A stretch of 20,124 nt of DNA from Planctomycetota bacterium (GCA_045863855.1 BTVV01000115.1:1-20124), one strand, 5' to 3'; numbered from the stretch's first letter, positions 1 through 8,791 are shown. Numbers and translations: made by a program. The notes: generated by a model not told the origin, from the sequence alone.

Positions 1-1043
1 ATTGGGCGCTGGACCTCTGGACGCGCCTGCAAGACGAAGACGGCGGGGTGCATCACGGGATCGAAGCCACCAAGGACCCGCTGCCCGGCGATACGCCCGC
101 CACCGACCGGCTGCGCGAATTCGCTTACGCGAAAGACAGCACCGCCAGCTACTACTTCACTGCGATGGCCGCGCACGCCGCGGTGCTCTGGAAGCGCAAC
201 GGTAAAGCCGCCGAGTCCGAAGCCTTCTTGCAGCGTGCATTGAAAGCCTGGACGTGGGCGCAGGCACATCCCGAAACGGAAGCGCCGCGCCAACCCGGCG
301 AACGCGACCGACTCGTGCACGCCGCCGCGGCGCTCTTCCGAGCTACCGGCGAAGCGCGCTTCGACGAGGTTTTTCGCAAGCAGGTGATTACTTCGGAGCA
401 TCCGGCCGCGCCGCCGTTCGAATACCGCAAGCACGATCACTTGGCCGGCATGCAGCAGTATCTTGAAGCTGAAAAGGGCGACGCGGAGTTAAAGAAAAAG
501 ATTCGCGCTTCGATGGAGGGACTGGCCGGTTACTGGAAAACCTGCGCCGAGACGACCACCTACCGCTACATGCGCAGTTCCCACGCCCCCAACAGTTGGG
601 GCACCGGCGGCTTGCCGGTCTGGACGTACTTCCCGGCCGTCGCCGCGCACGCGAGCGAAAACGCGGAACTTAAGGCGGGCCTGACTTCTTGGATCCTCTT
701 CACCAACGACTTCTCGCTGGGCTGCCATCCGATGAATCTGGTTTTCACAGTGGGCATCGGCAAGCGCTACGTCCACCATGCCTTCAGCTACCTGGACATC
801 AACAGCCCCGAGGGCGTGGTCGCGGGCTTGCAGTGCGAGGGCCCCAGCCGCGGCAAGCCGGCGGGTTCGCCGGGCGGCAAGAGCATGGGCGACTGGCCCG
901 CGATGAGCTTTTATCCGCACGGGCCGTGGCCGGAACTGTACTGTTTCTCCGAAGAGGCTTCGCCCGGCATGGCCGAGGGGGTGGTGATCAATCAGGCGCG
1001 CACGGCGCTGGCGTACGGACTGTTCCTCCCGCCGGCCAAGTGA
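1..1043 (+). CDS. Glycoside hydrolase family 9 protein (cellulase-like (alpha/alpha)6 catalytic domain), 5'-truncated by the window edge
   Basis: The frame is open from base 3 (WALDLWTRLQDEDGGVHHGIE...), so the GTG at 48 is internal. GH9-like segments: 'W.LD...RLQDEDGGV', 'FLQRALKAWTWAQAHP', 'AAAALFRATGE..F', 'LGCHPMNLVFTVGIG' and the C-terminal 'EGVVINQA..ALAYG' carrying the probable catalytic Glu. Stop TGA at 1041-1043. Confidence 0.8.
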   Translation, partial: WALDLWTRLQDEDGGVHHGIEATKDPLPGDTPATDRLREFAYAKDSTASYYFTAMAAHAAVLWKRNGKAAESEAFLQRALKAWTWAQAHPETEAPRQPGERDRLVHAAAALFRATGEARFDEVFRKQVITSEHPAAPPFEYRKHDHLAGMQQYLEAEKGDAELKKKIRASMEGLAGYWKTCAETTTYRYMRSSHAPNSWGTGGLPVWTYFPAVAAHASENAELKAGLTSWILFTNDFSLGCHPMNLVFTVGIGKRYVHHAFSYLDINSPEGVVAGLQCEGPSRGKPAGSPGGKSMGDWPAMSFYPHGPWPELYCFSEEASPGMAEGVVINQARTALAYGLFLPPAK

Positions 1044-1050
1044 GGCCGAG

Positions 1051-2220
1051 TCAGCGCGGCAGTTTCCGTAAGCGTTCGGCTGCGGCTTGCAGCGTTTCCA
1101 TGCGCTTGGCGAAGTTGAAGCGGATCAGCGGTTTTCCTTCCGGCGAGTCGGGCCGGTAGAAGCTCGAGCCGGGCACCGCCGCCACACCGATATGCTCCAC
1201 GAGATAGCGCGCGAATTTCACATCGTCGCCGGTAATGCCCGCGCCGGTGGGGTACTGCGTCATCACATAGTACGCGCCCTGCGGCGCGAAGCACCGAAAG
1301 CCGGCGTCTTCCAGCATGCGCAGGCAGAACGCGCGCCGCTCGACGTAGCCCGCGAGCATTTTCGCGTAGTACGCGTCTTCGAACGCCAGCGCTACCGCCG
1401 CGCCTTCTTGCAGGGGCGCGGGCGCACCCACGGTCAGGAAATCGTGAACCTTGCGGATGGCGTCGGTCAGCGCCGGAGGAGCGATGCACCAGCCGATGCG
1501 CCAGCCCGTTGCACTGTAGCTTTTGCTCAATCCGCTGATCGCGACGGTGCGCTCCCGCAATCCCGGCAGCGAAGCCGGGTACACGTGCGTGCGTCCCTCG
1601 TAAAGAATGTGCTCGTAAATCTCATCCGTGTAAATCAGCGCGTCGTGTTCTTGAACCAGCTTGCCGATGCACTCCAGTTCGGGCCGAGTGAAGACCTTGC
1701 CGGTCGGATTGTGCGGCGTGTTGATTACAATGCCTTTGGTTTTCGGACCGAACGCGGCTTTCAGTTCCTCCGGATCGAAGCTCCAGTCCGGCGGGCGCAG
1801 CTTCACGTATTTCGGCACGGCGCCCGAGAGGATGCAGTCGGGCCCGTAGTTCTCGTAAAAGGGCTCGAAGACGATTACCTCGTCGCCGGGATTCGCGGTG
1901 GCGAGCACCGCCGAGATCATCGCTTCGGTGCTGCCGCAAGTGACGACAATCTCGCGTTCCGGATCGGGCCGGTAGCCGGCGAAGCGTTCGGTTTTGGCTG
2001 CTATGGCCTCGCGCAGAGGCTTGGCGCCCCAGGTGATCGCGTACTGGTTGATCTCGCGGTCGATCGCATCCTTCGCGGCTTGCTTCATCGCGGCGGGCGC
2101 GGGGAAATCGGGGAAGCCTTGCGCCAAGTTCACGCCCCCGTGCTTGGCGCACAATCGGCTCATCTCGCGGATCACCGACTCGGTAAAGCGCTCCGCCTTC
2201 GCGGAAACATGGTTCTTCAT
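1051..2220 (-). CDS. PLP-dependent class I/II aminotransferase (YbdL/kynurenine-methionine aminotransferase-like)
   Basis: Motifs NLAQGFPDF, NTPHNPTGKVF, DEIYEH, SLSKSYSATGWRIGW-type PLP lysine segment (GLSKSYSATGWRIGW) and IRFNFAK. Start placed at ATG 2220 (MKNHVSAK), with AGGAAG upstream and an ATGA overlap with the stop of the upstream gene. Confidence 0.92.
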   Translation of the reverse strand: MKNHVSAKAERFTESVIREMSRLCAKHGGVNLAQGFPDFPAPAAMKQAAKDAIDREINQYAITWGAKPLREAIAAKTERFAGYRPDPEREIVVTCGSTEAMISAVLATANPGDEVIVFEPFYENYGPDCILSGAVPKYVKLRPPDWSFDPEELKAAFGPKTKGIVINTPHNPTGKVFTRPELECIGKLVQEHDALIYTDEIYEHILYEGRTHVYPASLPGLRERTVAISGLSKSYSATGWRIGWCIAPPALTDAIRKVHDFLTVGAPAPLQEGAAVALAFEDAYYAKMLAGYVERRAFCLRMLEDAGFRCFAPQGAYYVMTQYPTGAGITGDDVKFARYLVEHIGVAAVPGSSFYRPDSPEGKPLIRFNFAKRMETLQAAAERLRKLPR

Positions 2221-3242
2221 GGAGCTTCCTTGGGGGGCGTTTCCGCGGGGCGGTCCCACGGCGGCCGGCGATTCAGCACATCTTCGTAAAAGGTGGCGCG
2301 CTGCATTTGGTGGTAGGAAAGCTGTTGCAGGAATTGCGCCACGCGTTCGGCCACGGCCTGCTGCTTCAGCACGGGTTCGAAATCGGCAAAGGTTTTCGTT
2401 TCCAACAGCTTGGCGATGTGAAACCCGAAATCGGTCTCGAAGATCGCGGAGCGCGCACCGGGGGATTCGAGGGCGTAGCAGGCATCGGCGAAGGCGGGAA
2501 CCAGCGGCGCCTGCGCGTCACGCTTGCCGAAGTAACCCAGATCGCCGCCCTTGGATTTGGACGGGCAGTCGCTGTACGCCTTGGCTACCTCGGCGAAATC
2601 CGCGCCGCCGTTCAGTTTTGCCAGCGCCTCTTCCGCGCGGGTTCGTGCTTCGGCCGGCGAGCGCGTGACGCCTTCTCGCGCCGCCGCCACGCTCCCGCGG
2701 TGCATGATCAGGATATGCGAACAGCGCCTCAGCGGCAGGCGATCCTTGGCCGCCGCGAAGAGTTCCTGAAGCTCCTCCGCGGTTACGTGCTCCGCCAAGC
2801 GCGTTTCCATCGCTACCTGCGCCGCAAGCAGCGCGCGGTGCTGTTCGGCGCTTTTCCCCATGGAGTGAAGGTAAGCGTCGTAACTTCGGCCGCTCCGCGC
2901 GAGGCCGTCGCGGATGTTCTTCAGGCGCTCTTCGACTTTGCCTTCATCCGCCCGCACTTCGTTTTTGCGTACGTATCGCAGCAACAGTTGCTGCTCCAAT
3001 TCGCGCTCGCTCGCGTGCCGGCGAAACTTAATCCGCTCGGCATCGGGCGGCGTCTGCGGCGGTTCCTGCGCCTGCAAGTCGCGCCACCACTGCTGCTCCA
3101 GCGCCCAAACCGTCTCGGCGGGCACTTTGAGATCTTCCAGTTCGGCCATCAACTCCACGGGCTGCGGCTCGCCGGCGCGCGCGCACACGGCCGCGAGGCC
3201 GCACGCGAGCAGAAGCCACCGTATTGGGTTCATGCGCATCAT
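2217..3242 (-). CDS. Exported PpiC/parvulin-type peptidyl-prolyl cis-trans isomerase with SurA/PrsA-like helical N-domain
   Basis: Signal peptide MMRMNPIRWLLLACGLAAVCARA. Parvulin motifs CSHILI, FAEVAKAYSDCPSKSKGGDLGYF, LVPAFADACYAL, ETDFGFHI. ATG 3242 overlaps the TGA of the upstream gene. The ORF-track extension to 3752 is not part of the gene. Confidence 0.9.
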   Translation of the reverse strand: MMRMNPIRWLLLACGLAAVCARAGEPQPVELMAELEDLKVPAETVWALEQQWWRDLQAQEPPQTPPDAERIKFRRHASERELEQQLLLRYVRKNEVRADEGKVEERLKNIRDGLARSGRSYDAYLHSMGKSAEQHRALLAAQVAMETRLAEHVTAEELQELFAAAKDRLPLRRCSHILIMHRGSVAAAREGVTRSPAEARTRAEEALAKLNGGADFAEVAKAYSDCPSKSKGGDLGYFGKRDAQAPLVPAFADACYALESPGARSAIFETDFGFHIAKLLETKTFADFEPVLKQQAVAERVAQFLQQLSYHQMQRATFYEDVLNRRPPWDRPAETPPKEAP

Positions 3243-3613
3243 GGCGTGCTCGCTGGGGCGGGGGTTGCGGCCGATTCGGTGCGCTTGGCGTCCTCGATGG
3301 CGCGCGTGCGCTGGTATTCCTCGTATGCATCGTACGGCTTGCAGAACGTACAGCGAATCTTGCCTTGGCGCTCGGCCGCGGCGGGATTGGCAAACCCCAA
3401 TTGATCCTTCTCGGCAATATCCTTCGCGTAGGGGCACGTGCAGAAGTGGTACACCGACGTCTGCTTGCCCGAGAGGATCAACGCCTGCGACGGAGGAGCC
3501 GCATCGGCGGCCGGAATCGCGGCTCGTTTCGAGCGGCTGCACGCCGCAAGTCCGGCGAGCATCCCCGCGGCGAGGCACACCGATGCCAGAAGATGAATGC
3601 GGGACGGCTTCAC
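3239..3613 (-). CDS. Putative lipoprotein with Ada-type metal-binding domain
   Basis: GTG start, hydrophobic signal ending in lipobox LAAC. The segment 'SVYHFCTCPYAKDI...FANPAAAERQGKIRCTFCKP' fits the Ada metal-binding pattern (YH...C...F....A...G..C..C.P). ATGA-coupled to the PPIase. Confidence 0.75.
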   Translation of the reverse strand: MKPSRIHLLASVCLAAGMLAGLAACSRSKRAAIPAADAAPPSQALILSGKQTSVYHFCTCPYAKDIAEKDQLGFANPAAAERQGKIRCTFCKPYDAYEEYQRTRAIEDAKRTESAATPAPASTP

Positions 3614-3722
3614 GGGCGGGTTCGGGCCTCCATACGAATACTAACGTAGTTTCGGGCGCGCTTTTCCGCAAGGCGGAGCGCCTTCGGTTGCCGTGCTGCT
3701 CGTGCGGCGGTACCTTGCCCGC

Positions 3723-5102
3723 ATGCAAGCCCCGCTTTCGCCCGACGAGCAAGCCCGCTTACGCCGGCTCGATGCCGGCGCCGTATGGCATCCGTTCACG
3801 CAGATGCAGACCTACCTGGACGACGATCCGGCTCCGCCGCTGATCGTCGGGGCCGAAGGCAACTGGCTGATTGCGATGGACGGTTCGCGCTACCTGGACG
3901 CCAACTGCGGCTACTGGTGTCTGGCCCTTGGCGCTCGGCCGCACGCCGTCGAAGCGGCCATTGCCGCGCAGCTTCAGCGTTTCTCGCATTCCACGCTCCT
4001 GGGTCTGGGCCACCAGCCCGCCGCCGAACTGGCCGGGAAGCTCACGGCGTTGGCCGGCGAGCCGCTCAATCACGCGTTTTTCGCCGACTCCGGCAGCGAG
4101 GCCGTCGAGGCTGCGCTGAAACTCGCCTATCAGTACCACGTGCATCGCGGCGAGCCCCAGCGCTACCGCTTTCTGGCGTTGGGCGAGGCCTACCACGGCG
4201 ATACCTTGGGCGCGGTCTCGGTCGGCGGCGTGGAACTCTTTCACGCCACTTTTAAGCCGCTGCTGTTTCCCGTGGAGCGCGTGCCCGCTCCGTATTGCTA
4301 TCGTTGCCCGTGGTCGCGCCATCCGGACACCTGCGCGCTGGAATGCGCCCAAACGATCGAACAAGTCATTGCGCAGCGTGCGCCCGAGCTGGCGGCGTTG
4401 GTGATCGAGCCCTTTATCCTGGGCCCTGGCGGCGTCATCCCGCAGCCCAAGGACTACCTGCGCCGCGCCGTCGTGGCCGCGCGCGCGCATGGCGTACCGG
4501 TGATCTTCGACGAAGTGGCCGTCGGCATGGGCCGGCTGGGCCGGCTCTTCGCGTTCGAAGAACTGGACCTGAAGCCCGATCTCGTCTGCCTGGCGAAAGG
4601 ACTGACGGCCGGCGTCCTGCCGCTTTCGGCGGTCCTGGCCGGCGAATCGTTTTACCGCACATTCCTGGGCGCTTTCGGCGAGCGCAAGACCTTCTTCCAC
4701 GGGCACACCTTTACGGGCTCAGCACTGGGTTGTGCGGCGGCGCTGGCGGCGTTGGACATCCTGGCCGCGCCGGATTTTCTTCCGCGTATCCGGCGCGAGA
4801 CCATTCCGGCCTTCTGGCGCATGCTGGACGGCCTGCGCGAACGGCCGCTGGTCGGCGAAGTCCGCGGAATGGGCCTGATGGCGGGGCTGGAACTGGTTGC
4901 CGACCGCGCGACCCGCCAAGCCTTCCCGTGGGAGCGGCGCACCGGGCATCGCGTGGTTGTGGCGGCGCGCAAACGCGGCGTGAACCTGCGCACCATCGGC
5001 GACCTGGTGCTGGCGGTTCCGCCGCTCACGATCGGTGCATCGGAAATCGAGCTGCTGGGGCGCGTGCTGGGCGAGAGCTTGGAAGAAGCCGCCACCCAAT
5101 AA
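3723..5102 (+). CDS. bioA: Adenosylmethionine-8-amino-7-oxononanoate (DAPA) aminotransferase, class III PLP
   Basis: WHPFTQM, DSGSEAVEAALKLAYQY, YHGDTLGAVSVGG, IFDEVAVGMGRLG, PDLVCLAKGLTAG (PLP Lys), TFFHGHTFTG. Start placed at ATG 3723; stop TAA at 5100-5102. Confidence 0.85.
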   Translation: MQAPLSPDEQARLRRLDAGAVWHPFTQMQTYLDDDPAPPLIVGAEGNWLIAMDGSRYLDANCGYWCLALGARPHAVEAAIAAQLQRFSHSTLLGLGHQPAAELAGKLTALAGEPLNHAFFADSGSEAVEAALKLAYQYHVHRGEPQRYRFLALGEAYHGDTLGAVSVGGVELFHATFKPLLFPVERVPAPYCYRCPWSRHPDTCALECAQTIEQVIAQRAPELAALVIEPFILGPGGVIPQPKDYLRRAVVAARAHGVPVIFDEVAVGMGRLGRLFAFEELDLKPDLVCLAKGLTAGVLPLSAVLAGESFYRTFLGAFGERKTFFHGHTFTGSALGCAAALAALDILAAPDFLPRIRRETIPAFWRMLDGLRERPLVGEVRGMGLMAGLELVADRATRQAFPWERRTGHRVVVAARKRGVNLRTIGDLVLAVPPLTIGASEIELLGRVLGESLEEAATQ

Positions 5103-5129
5103 AAAAAACCCGCCTAGGGGCGGGGCTTT
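5100..5129 (-). terminator. Intrinsic terminator of the small basic gene (possibly bidirectional, also serving bioA)
   Basis: On the minus strand: CCCGCC-CCTA-GGCGGG hairpin followed by a run of T (the A-run right after the bioA stop). It lies between convergent genes. Confidence 0.8.
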
Positions 5130-5158
5130 GGAAGTTGTTCGAAATGCCGGCCTGCGGA

Positions 5159-5428
5159 CTATTCGGCCTTGGCTTGGGCCTCAGCAGGCTTCGCGGCCAA
5201 CGCGCGCTGGCGGTACAGTTCCTTCTTCAGCTTGCGCTGCGCGCGCTTAAGGTGCTTCTGCGCGGTGCGGTACTTCGGATCGTACTTGTTAAACTTGCCG
5301 TCTTTGGTCGCGCCGGTGCGCGCCTTCGCGGCCTTATCGGTCCACTCCTTGATCTCGTCGGCGATCGGCTTGGCGGTCGGGACTTCTTCAACCTTCGGCA
5401 GCACGATCTTTTTCTTTTCCTTCGGCAT
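5159..5428 (-). CDS. Small Lys/Arg-rich hypothetical protein (89 aa)
   Basis: GC3-rich codons, GAAGGAG Shine-Dalgarno upstream, its own promoter candidate and terminator. About 26 of 89 residues are K or R by hand count. No family recognised. Confidence 0.8.
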   Translation of the reverse strand: MPKEKKKIVLPKVEEVPTAKPIADEIKEWTDKAAKARTGATKDGKFNKYDPKYRTAQKHLKRAQRKLKKELYRQRALAAKPAEAQAKAE

Positions 5429-5479
5429 GCTTCGGCCCAGCTCCTTCGGTCACTCGGTTAAAGGTTCAGCACAAGCGAC

Positions 5480-5508
5480 GCATTATCTACGGATTACGGG
5501 GGTGTCAA
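5480..5508 (-). promoter_or_regulatory. Sigma70-like promoter candidate for the small basic gene
   Basis: Perfect TTGACA (5508-5503) followed by GATAAT at 15 nt or TAATGC at 17 nt spacing on the minus strand. Confidence 0.5.
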
Positions 5509-5527
5509 CTCGTTTTGGCATCGACGT

Positions 5528-8500
5528 TTACCGGCGATACAGCGTACTTGTTCCGGTACGCACCAGGCGCACTGTGGTTTGAGCCGTATGCCCGCCGGTG
5601 GTCTGGCGTACGAACAGGTCCACGCTGAACGGATCGGTGGCGGGGTTGGTCACCGGGTCGATGCCCAAGTCGCCGTCGGCGAGCCAGTGGGTCATCAGGC
5701 GGGCTGTCCATTTGGTCAGGTTGTATTGAGCGCTGGAAACACCGTCGAGCGGAATCGCCGCGCCGCCGGGCGTCTTGGTGGGACGCTTATAGGTGAAAGC
5801 CGTGCCAGAATTCACGAAGACCGAGCCGCCCACCGAGCCGTCGCCCACCGTCTCCACGAACGTGCCGAGGATCAGTTCCACGCCGTTCGCACTTGGATTG
5901 AAGCTCGTGCCGTTAGGCGGGCGATGCAGGACATCGAGCAGCAATCGCTGCTGCAAGCCCAGGGTTTTGTGCAAACGCTGCTGAAGCTGCGCTTTCGAGA
6001 CGACGAAAAGCCCTTCGGGCAAGTCCGAGCCGGACTTGCCGTAGCTGAACTGGCCGGTTCCCGTCGAATCGACCTTGGCCAATTTATACAGCGTAGTAAC
6101 CGCAGCGGTCGTTTGCCACGCGCCAATCTCGAGGCCCACCACCACCTCCACCGCATCGTTGGGGTGGGGGATCAGGTTGTCGGCGCCTAGCGGCGCCAGC
6201 GCGTTATCCAAGTCCAGCGCCTTCCCGGTGAGCGTGAATTTGCCGGTGGCGAGCGTCAGGGTGAAGCGCGCGCTGGCCGGAGCATTCAGGAAGTCCCAAA
6301 TCACGGTCTTGCCGTTGTTCGAGGCCGGCGTACCGAAGTCGAACTCCGCGCCTTGCAGCGAAAAGGTCAGGCTCGCGCCCGCGAAGCTCGTCACGTTTAC
6401 GCCCGCCGCTTCCAGGTCCGCGAAGTTCAGGATGCCTTGCGCCAGGAGCGTATCGACGTTTTCGCCCAAGCCTTTGGCGCGCTTGGAATAGAACAACTGG
6501 TAGCGCAGCTTGGAGAGTCCCAGCGGCAGGCGTCCGGTGGTGTCCTGCGCTTCGAAGTTCTGATAACCGAGTTGCGCATAGCCGGCGGCGTCGAAGGTGC
6601 CGGGATCGGGCTCGCCGCCGGTCGCGGTCACGTCGAGCCCCAGCGCGTTGAAGATCAACCGATCGCCGGGGCTGGCCGGCGGCGCGGGATTGCCGCCATC
6701 GAGGTCGATTTCCGTCGTGGTCGAAAGCCCGGCGGTGACCGTGTCGTCGCCGGGGCCGGTGGTCAGGTCCACGGTTGCCAGCGGGACCGTACCGCCGAAG
6801 CCGAGCGACAAATCAGGGCCGAGCGTCACGGTGTCTTCGCTCAGTCCGTTGCCGGCCGTTAGATCCAGCGTCAGCGCGCCTACCTCCGTGAAAGTAAGCG
6901 TGGCGAAGTTCACGCCGCCGTCAGAGCCGCTGAGCCGGCCCCATCCGGCTTGCGGATTGGCCAGCGTCATCGTGGTGGAACCGTTGGGCGGATCGAAAGT
7001 AAGCGATTGCATGCCGGTGACGAGCAACGGCTGATCAACGCCGCTGAAGACGATCTCCCGCTGCGTAAAACTCAGCGTTCCCGAACCGGTGGTGCTTGCA
7101 TGAGGCGCGTACGTCGGGGCCACGACGCCGTCGCCCAGCACCTCCAGCGTATCGCCCGCCCCGCCGTTGGGTCCGCCGGCGTAATCGATGGCGCCCATCA
7201 GGGGAATGGGGTTGCTCCCACCGTTCCAATCGATGCGCAGAAGATCATTCCCCGCACCTAGTTCGACTTCGATGTTATCGACAAAGGTAAAATTGGTGAA
7301 AAAGGTCCAGAGCGTACCGTTGAAATCGATCTTGAGCGCGATCCCGGTCTGGGTGATGACGACGGTGTCGTCGTCGCCCGCTTCGTCTCCGACGCTGACC
7401 AAATCCTGAGCGGGGTCGTAGCGCACGGGGGGCGGGTCGGTAAGCGTAACGAATAACTCGTAGAAGCCGGTATCGGTGCTGAAATCCTTCACCACGATGT
7501 AATAGGTGCCGTCGGCCGGAATGATTCGGTTCGCCAGCAACGAATCGGTTCCGTAACCCGTTTCACCGGTTTCAATGGTGGACCAGCCGTATCTGATATC
7601 GTCATTGCTCGCGATTTCAGTCGTGCCGTCCGTATCGAGCAACCGCACGAAGCAGTCGATGGGGTCATCGTAGGAATCCAAGGATTGAGAAATCTGGTCG
7701 CTGATGGTATTGATTAGAATCAGTTGTCCGGCGCGCGCGGTAAAGCGGTAGTAGTCCAGTTCGCCGTTGCTCGCGATCTCGCCCAGCACGTTCACCGACC
7801 GCGTGCCCGTCAACGCCGACGGCGGATCGTCTCCGTCCAGCCCCAAGTCCTGGGCCGTGCCCGCAGTACCGTGCGCGCCGGCGGTCTCGCTGAGGCTGGC
7901 CGGCGTACTGGCGGTCAATCCGCTGGAGTACGCCAGCTTGGCTCGCGAAAGCGAACCGAACGTGCGGACGGCCTCACGCGCGGCTTCGCCCAAGCCGGTG
8001 TTCGACGTGGCCATGATATGCACGTTCTGGATTTCGCCCGTATCGTCGGGGTCCACGATCCGCGGGTCGCCGTACGGATCGTAATGTTGTAAGCCGAGGT
8101 TATGCCCCAGTTCATGCGCCGCGGTGCTTGAAAGGCCGCGCGTAAGCTGCGAAAGCTGAAGCGCGCGGTTCGTGCCACCGGTGAACTCATCCAGGATAAA
8201 AACGAATTCCTCAGGAAAGACATAGCCCAAGTCCGTGCCGCTTTGGTTTCGAAAATCGGGGAAGCCCATCGCGATGCCCAGCGTGCCCGCTCCGGTGGGA
8301 AGGATGGTCGTGCGCGGCGTTCCGAAATCGAGCGTCTCGAAATCGCCCACGGGTAAATCCTGCGTAAACGTAACCGTGTAGGCCGCGTAGGCCTCTTCGA
8401 GCTGGCTTTCCACATCGTCCTGAAGCTGAGTGCGCTCGGCGAGGCTGAAATCGTCCACGCCCGCGCCGCCGGCCAACTCGGTCAATCGCGCCGCGAAGCT

Positions 8501-8791
8501 GGTGAAATCGAGGTACACGGTGATCGGGCTGCCGGGTGCCGCGCGCTTGCCCACACTGCGCGAGTCCACCAGCGGCTTGGGCTTGCGCTGCCCCATGGGA
8601 TCGACCGCGTAGAGTCGCGTGCTGTCTCCCGCGCCATGCAGGCAATGCCAGCATCCGCGCGGATGCTCCGTAAACGCCTGCCGCAGCGTACGTGGGGGCG
8701 TAATCGTCTCACGGGCCTGGGAGGCCGCAAGCGCGCTACCCCAAACCAGCAGACAACTCAGGATCGCGAAAGCAGTCCTTCGAGGTCCCAT
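5528..8791 (-). CDS. Large secreted metzincin Zn-metalloprotease with PPC domain, acidic Gly/Asp/Thr-rich beta repeats and a tandem C-terminal domain
   Basis: Signal peptide from ATG 8791 (MGPRRTAFAILSCLLVWGSALAA). HELGHNLGLQH (HExxHxxGxxH) at 8116-8084 with a HIMAT Met-turn. PPC-like 'ELDYYRFTARAGQ...LLDTDGTTEIASNDD...ADGTYYIVV' at about 7785-7450. 'LGAGND' and 'TGPGDDTV' repeats. C-terminal ~335 aa resembles that of 15040-18573. Confidence 0.85.
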   Translation of the reverse strand: MGPRRTAFAILSCLLVWGSALAASQARETITPPRTLRQAFTEHPRGCWHCLHGAGDSTRLYAVDPMGQRKPKPLVDSRSVGKRAAPGSPITVYLDFTSFAARLTELAGGAGVDDFSLAERTQLQDDVESQLEEAYAAYTVTFTQDLPVGDFETLDFGTPRTTILPTGAGTLGIAMGFPDFRNQSGTDLGYVFPEEFVFILDEFTGGTNRALQLSQLTRGLSSTAAHELGHNLGLQHYDPYGDPRIVDPDDTGEIQNVHIMATSNTGLGEAAREAVRTFGSLSRAKLAYSSGLTASTPASLSETAGAHGTAGTAQDLGLDGDDPPSALTGTRSVNVLGEIASNGELDYYRFTARAGQLILINTISDQISQSLDSYDDPIDCFVRLLDTDGTTEIASNDDIRYGWSTIETGETGYGTDSLLANRIIPADGTYYIVVKDFSTDTGFYELFVTLTDPPPVRYDPAQDLVSVGDEAGDDDTVVITQTGIALKIDFNGTLWTFFTNFTFVDNIEVELGAGNDLLRIDWNGGSNPIPLMGAIDYAGGPNGGAGDTLEVLGDGVVAPTYAPHASTTGSGTLSFTQREIVFSGVDQPLLVTGMQSLTFDPPNGSTTMTLANPQAGWGRLSGSDGGVNFATLTFTEVGALTLDLTAGNGLSEDTVTLGPDLSLGFGGTVPLATVDLTTGPGDDTVTAGLSTTTEIDLDGGNPAPPASPGDRLIFNALGLDVTATGGEPDPGTFDAAGYAQLGYQNFEAQDTTGRLPLGLSKLRYQLFYSKRAKGLGENVDTLLAQGILNFADLEAAGVNVTSFAGASLTFSLQGAEFDFGTPASNNGKTVIWDFLNAPASARFTLTLATGKFTLTGKALDLDNALAPLGADNLIPHPNDAVEVVVGLEIGAWQTTAAVTTLYKLAKVDSTGTGQFSYGKSGSDLPEGLFVVSKAQLQQRLHKTLGLQQRLLLDVLHRPPNGTSFNPSANGVELILGTFVETVGDGSVGGSVFVNSGTAFTYKRPTKTPGGAAIPLDGVSSAQYNLTKWTARLMTHWLADGDLGIDPVTNPATDPFSVDLFVRQTTGGHTAQTTVRLVRTGTSTLYRR

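Noticed and set aside
1087..2289. Long antisense and alternative-frame ORFs (e.g. 1087-2289 +, 2307-3404 +, 3759-4706 -, 4295-5461 +, 11603-12736 -, 11845-12852 +, 12680-13927 +, 17596-18531 +)
   Set aside because: These are shadow ORFs expected in high-GC DNA. They overlap genes with clear family motifs and have Arg/Ala/Gly-rich composition with no recognisable motifs.
3243..3752. N-terminal extension making the PPIase a 511 aa ORF
   Set aside because: It overlaps the Ada-like lipoprotein and the bioA start. A good signal peptide begins at ATG 3242 with an ATGA coupling.
5528..6530. Autotransporter beta-barrel, T9SS CTD or PEP-CTERM as the identity of the shared C-terminus
   Set aside because: There is no terminal aromatic residue typical of barrels, no YPNP-like T9SS motif, and no PEP plus transmembrane helix. 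The two-repeat layout fits none of these by eye.
8642..8653. CWHC as a c-type heme attachment site
   Set aside because: The sequence is CxxCL, not CxxCH.
8650..8667. 18 bp perfect palindrome AGCATCCGCGCGGATGCT
   Set aside because: It lies inside coding sequence, is GC-rich, occurs once and has no T-tract, so there is no support for a function.
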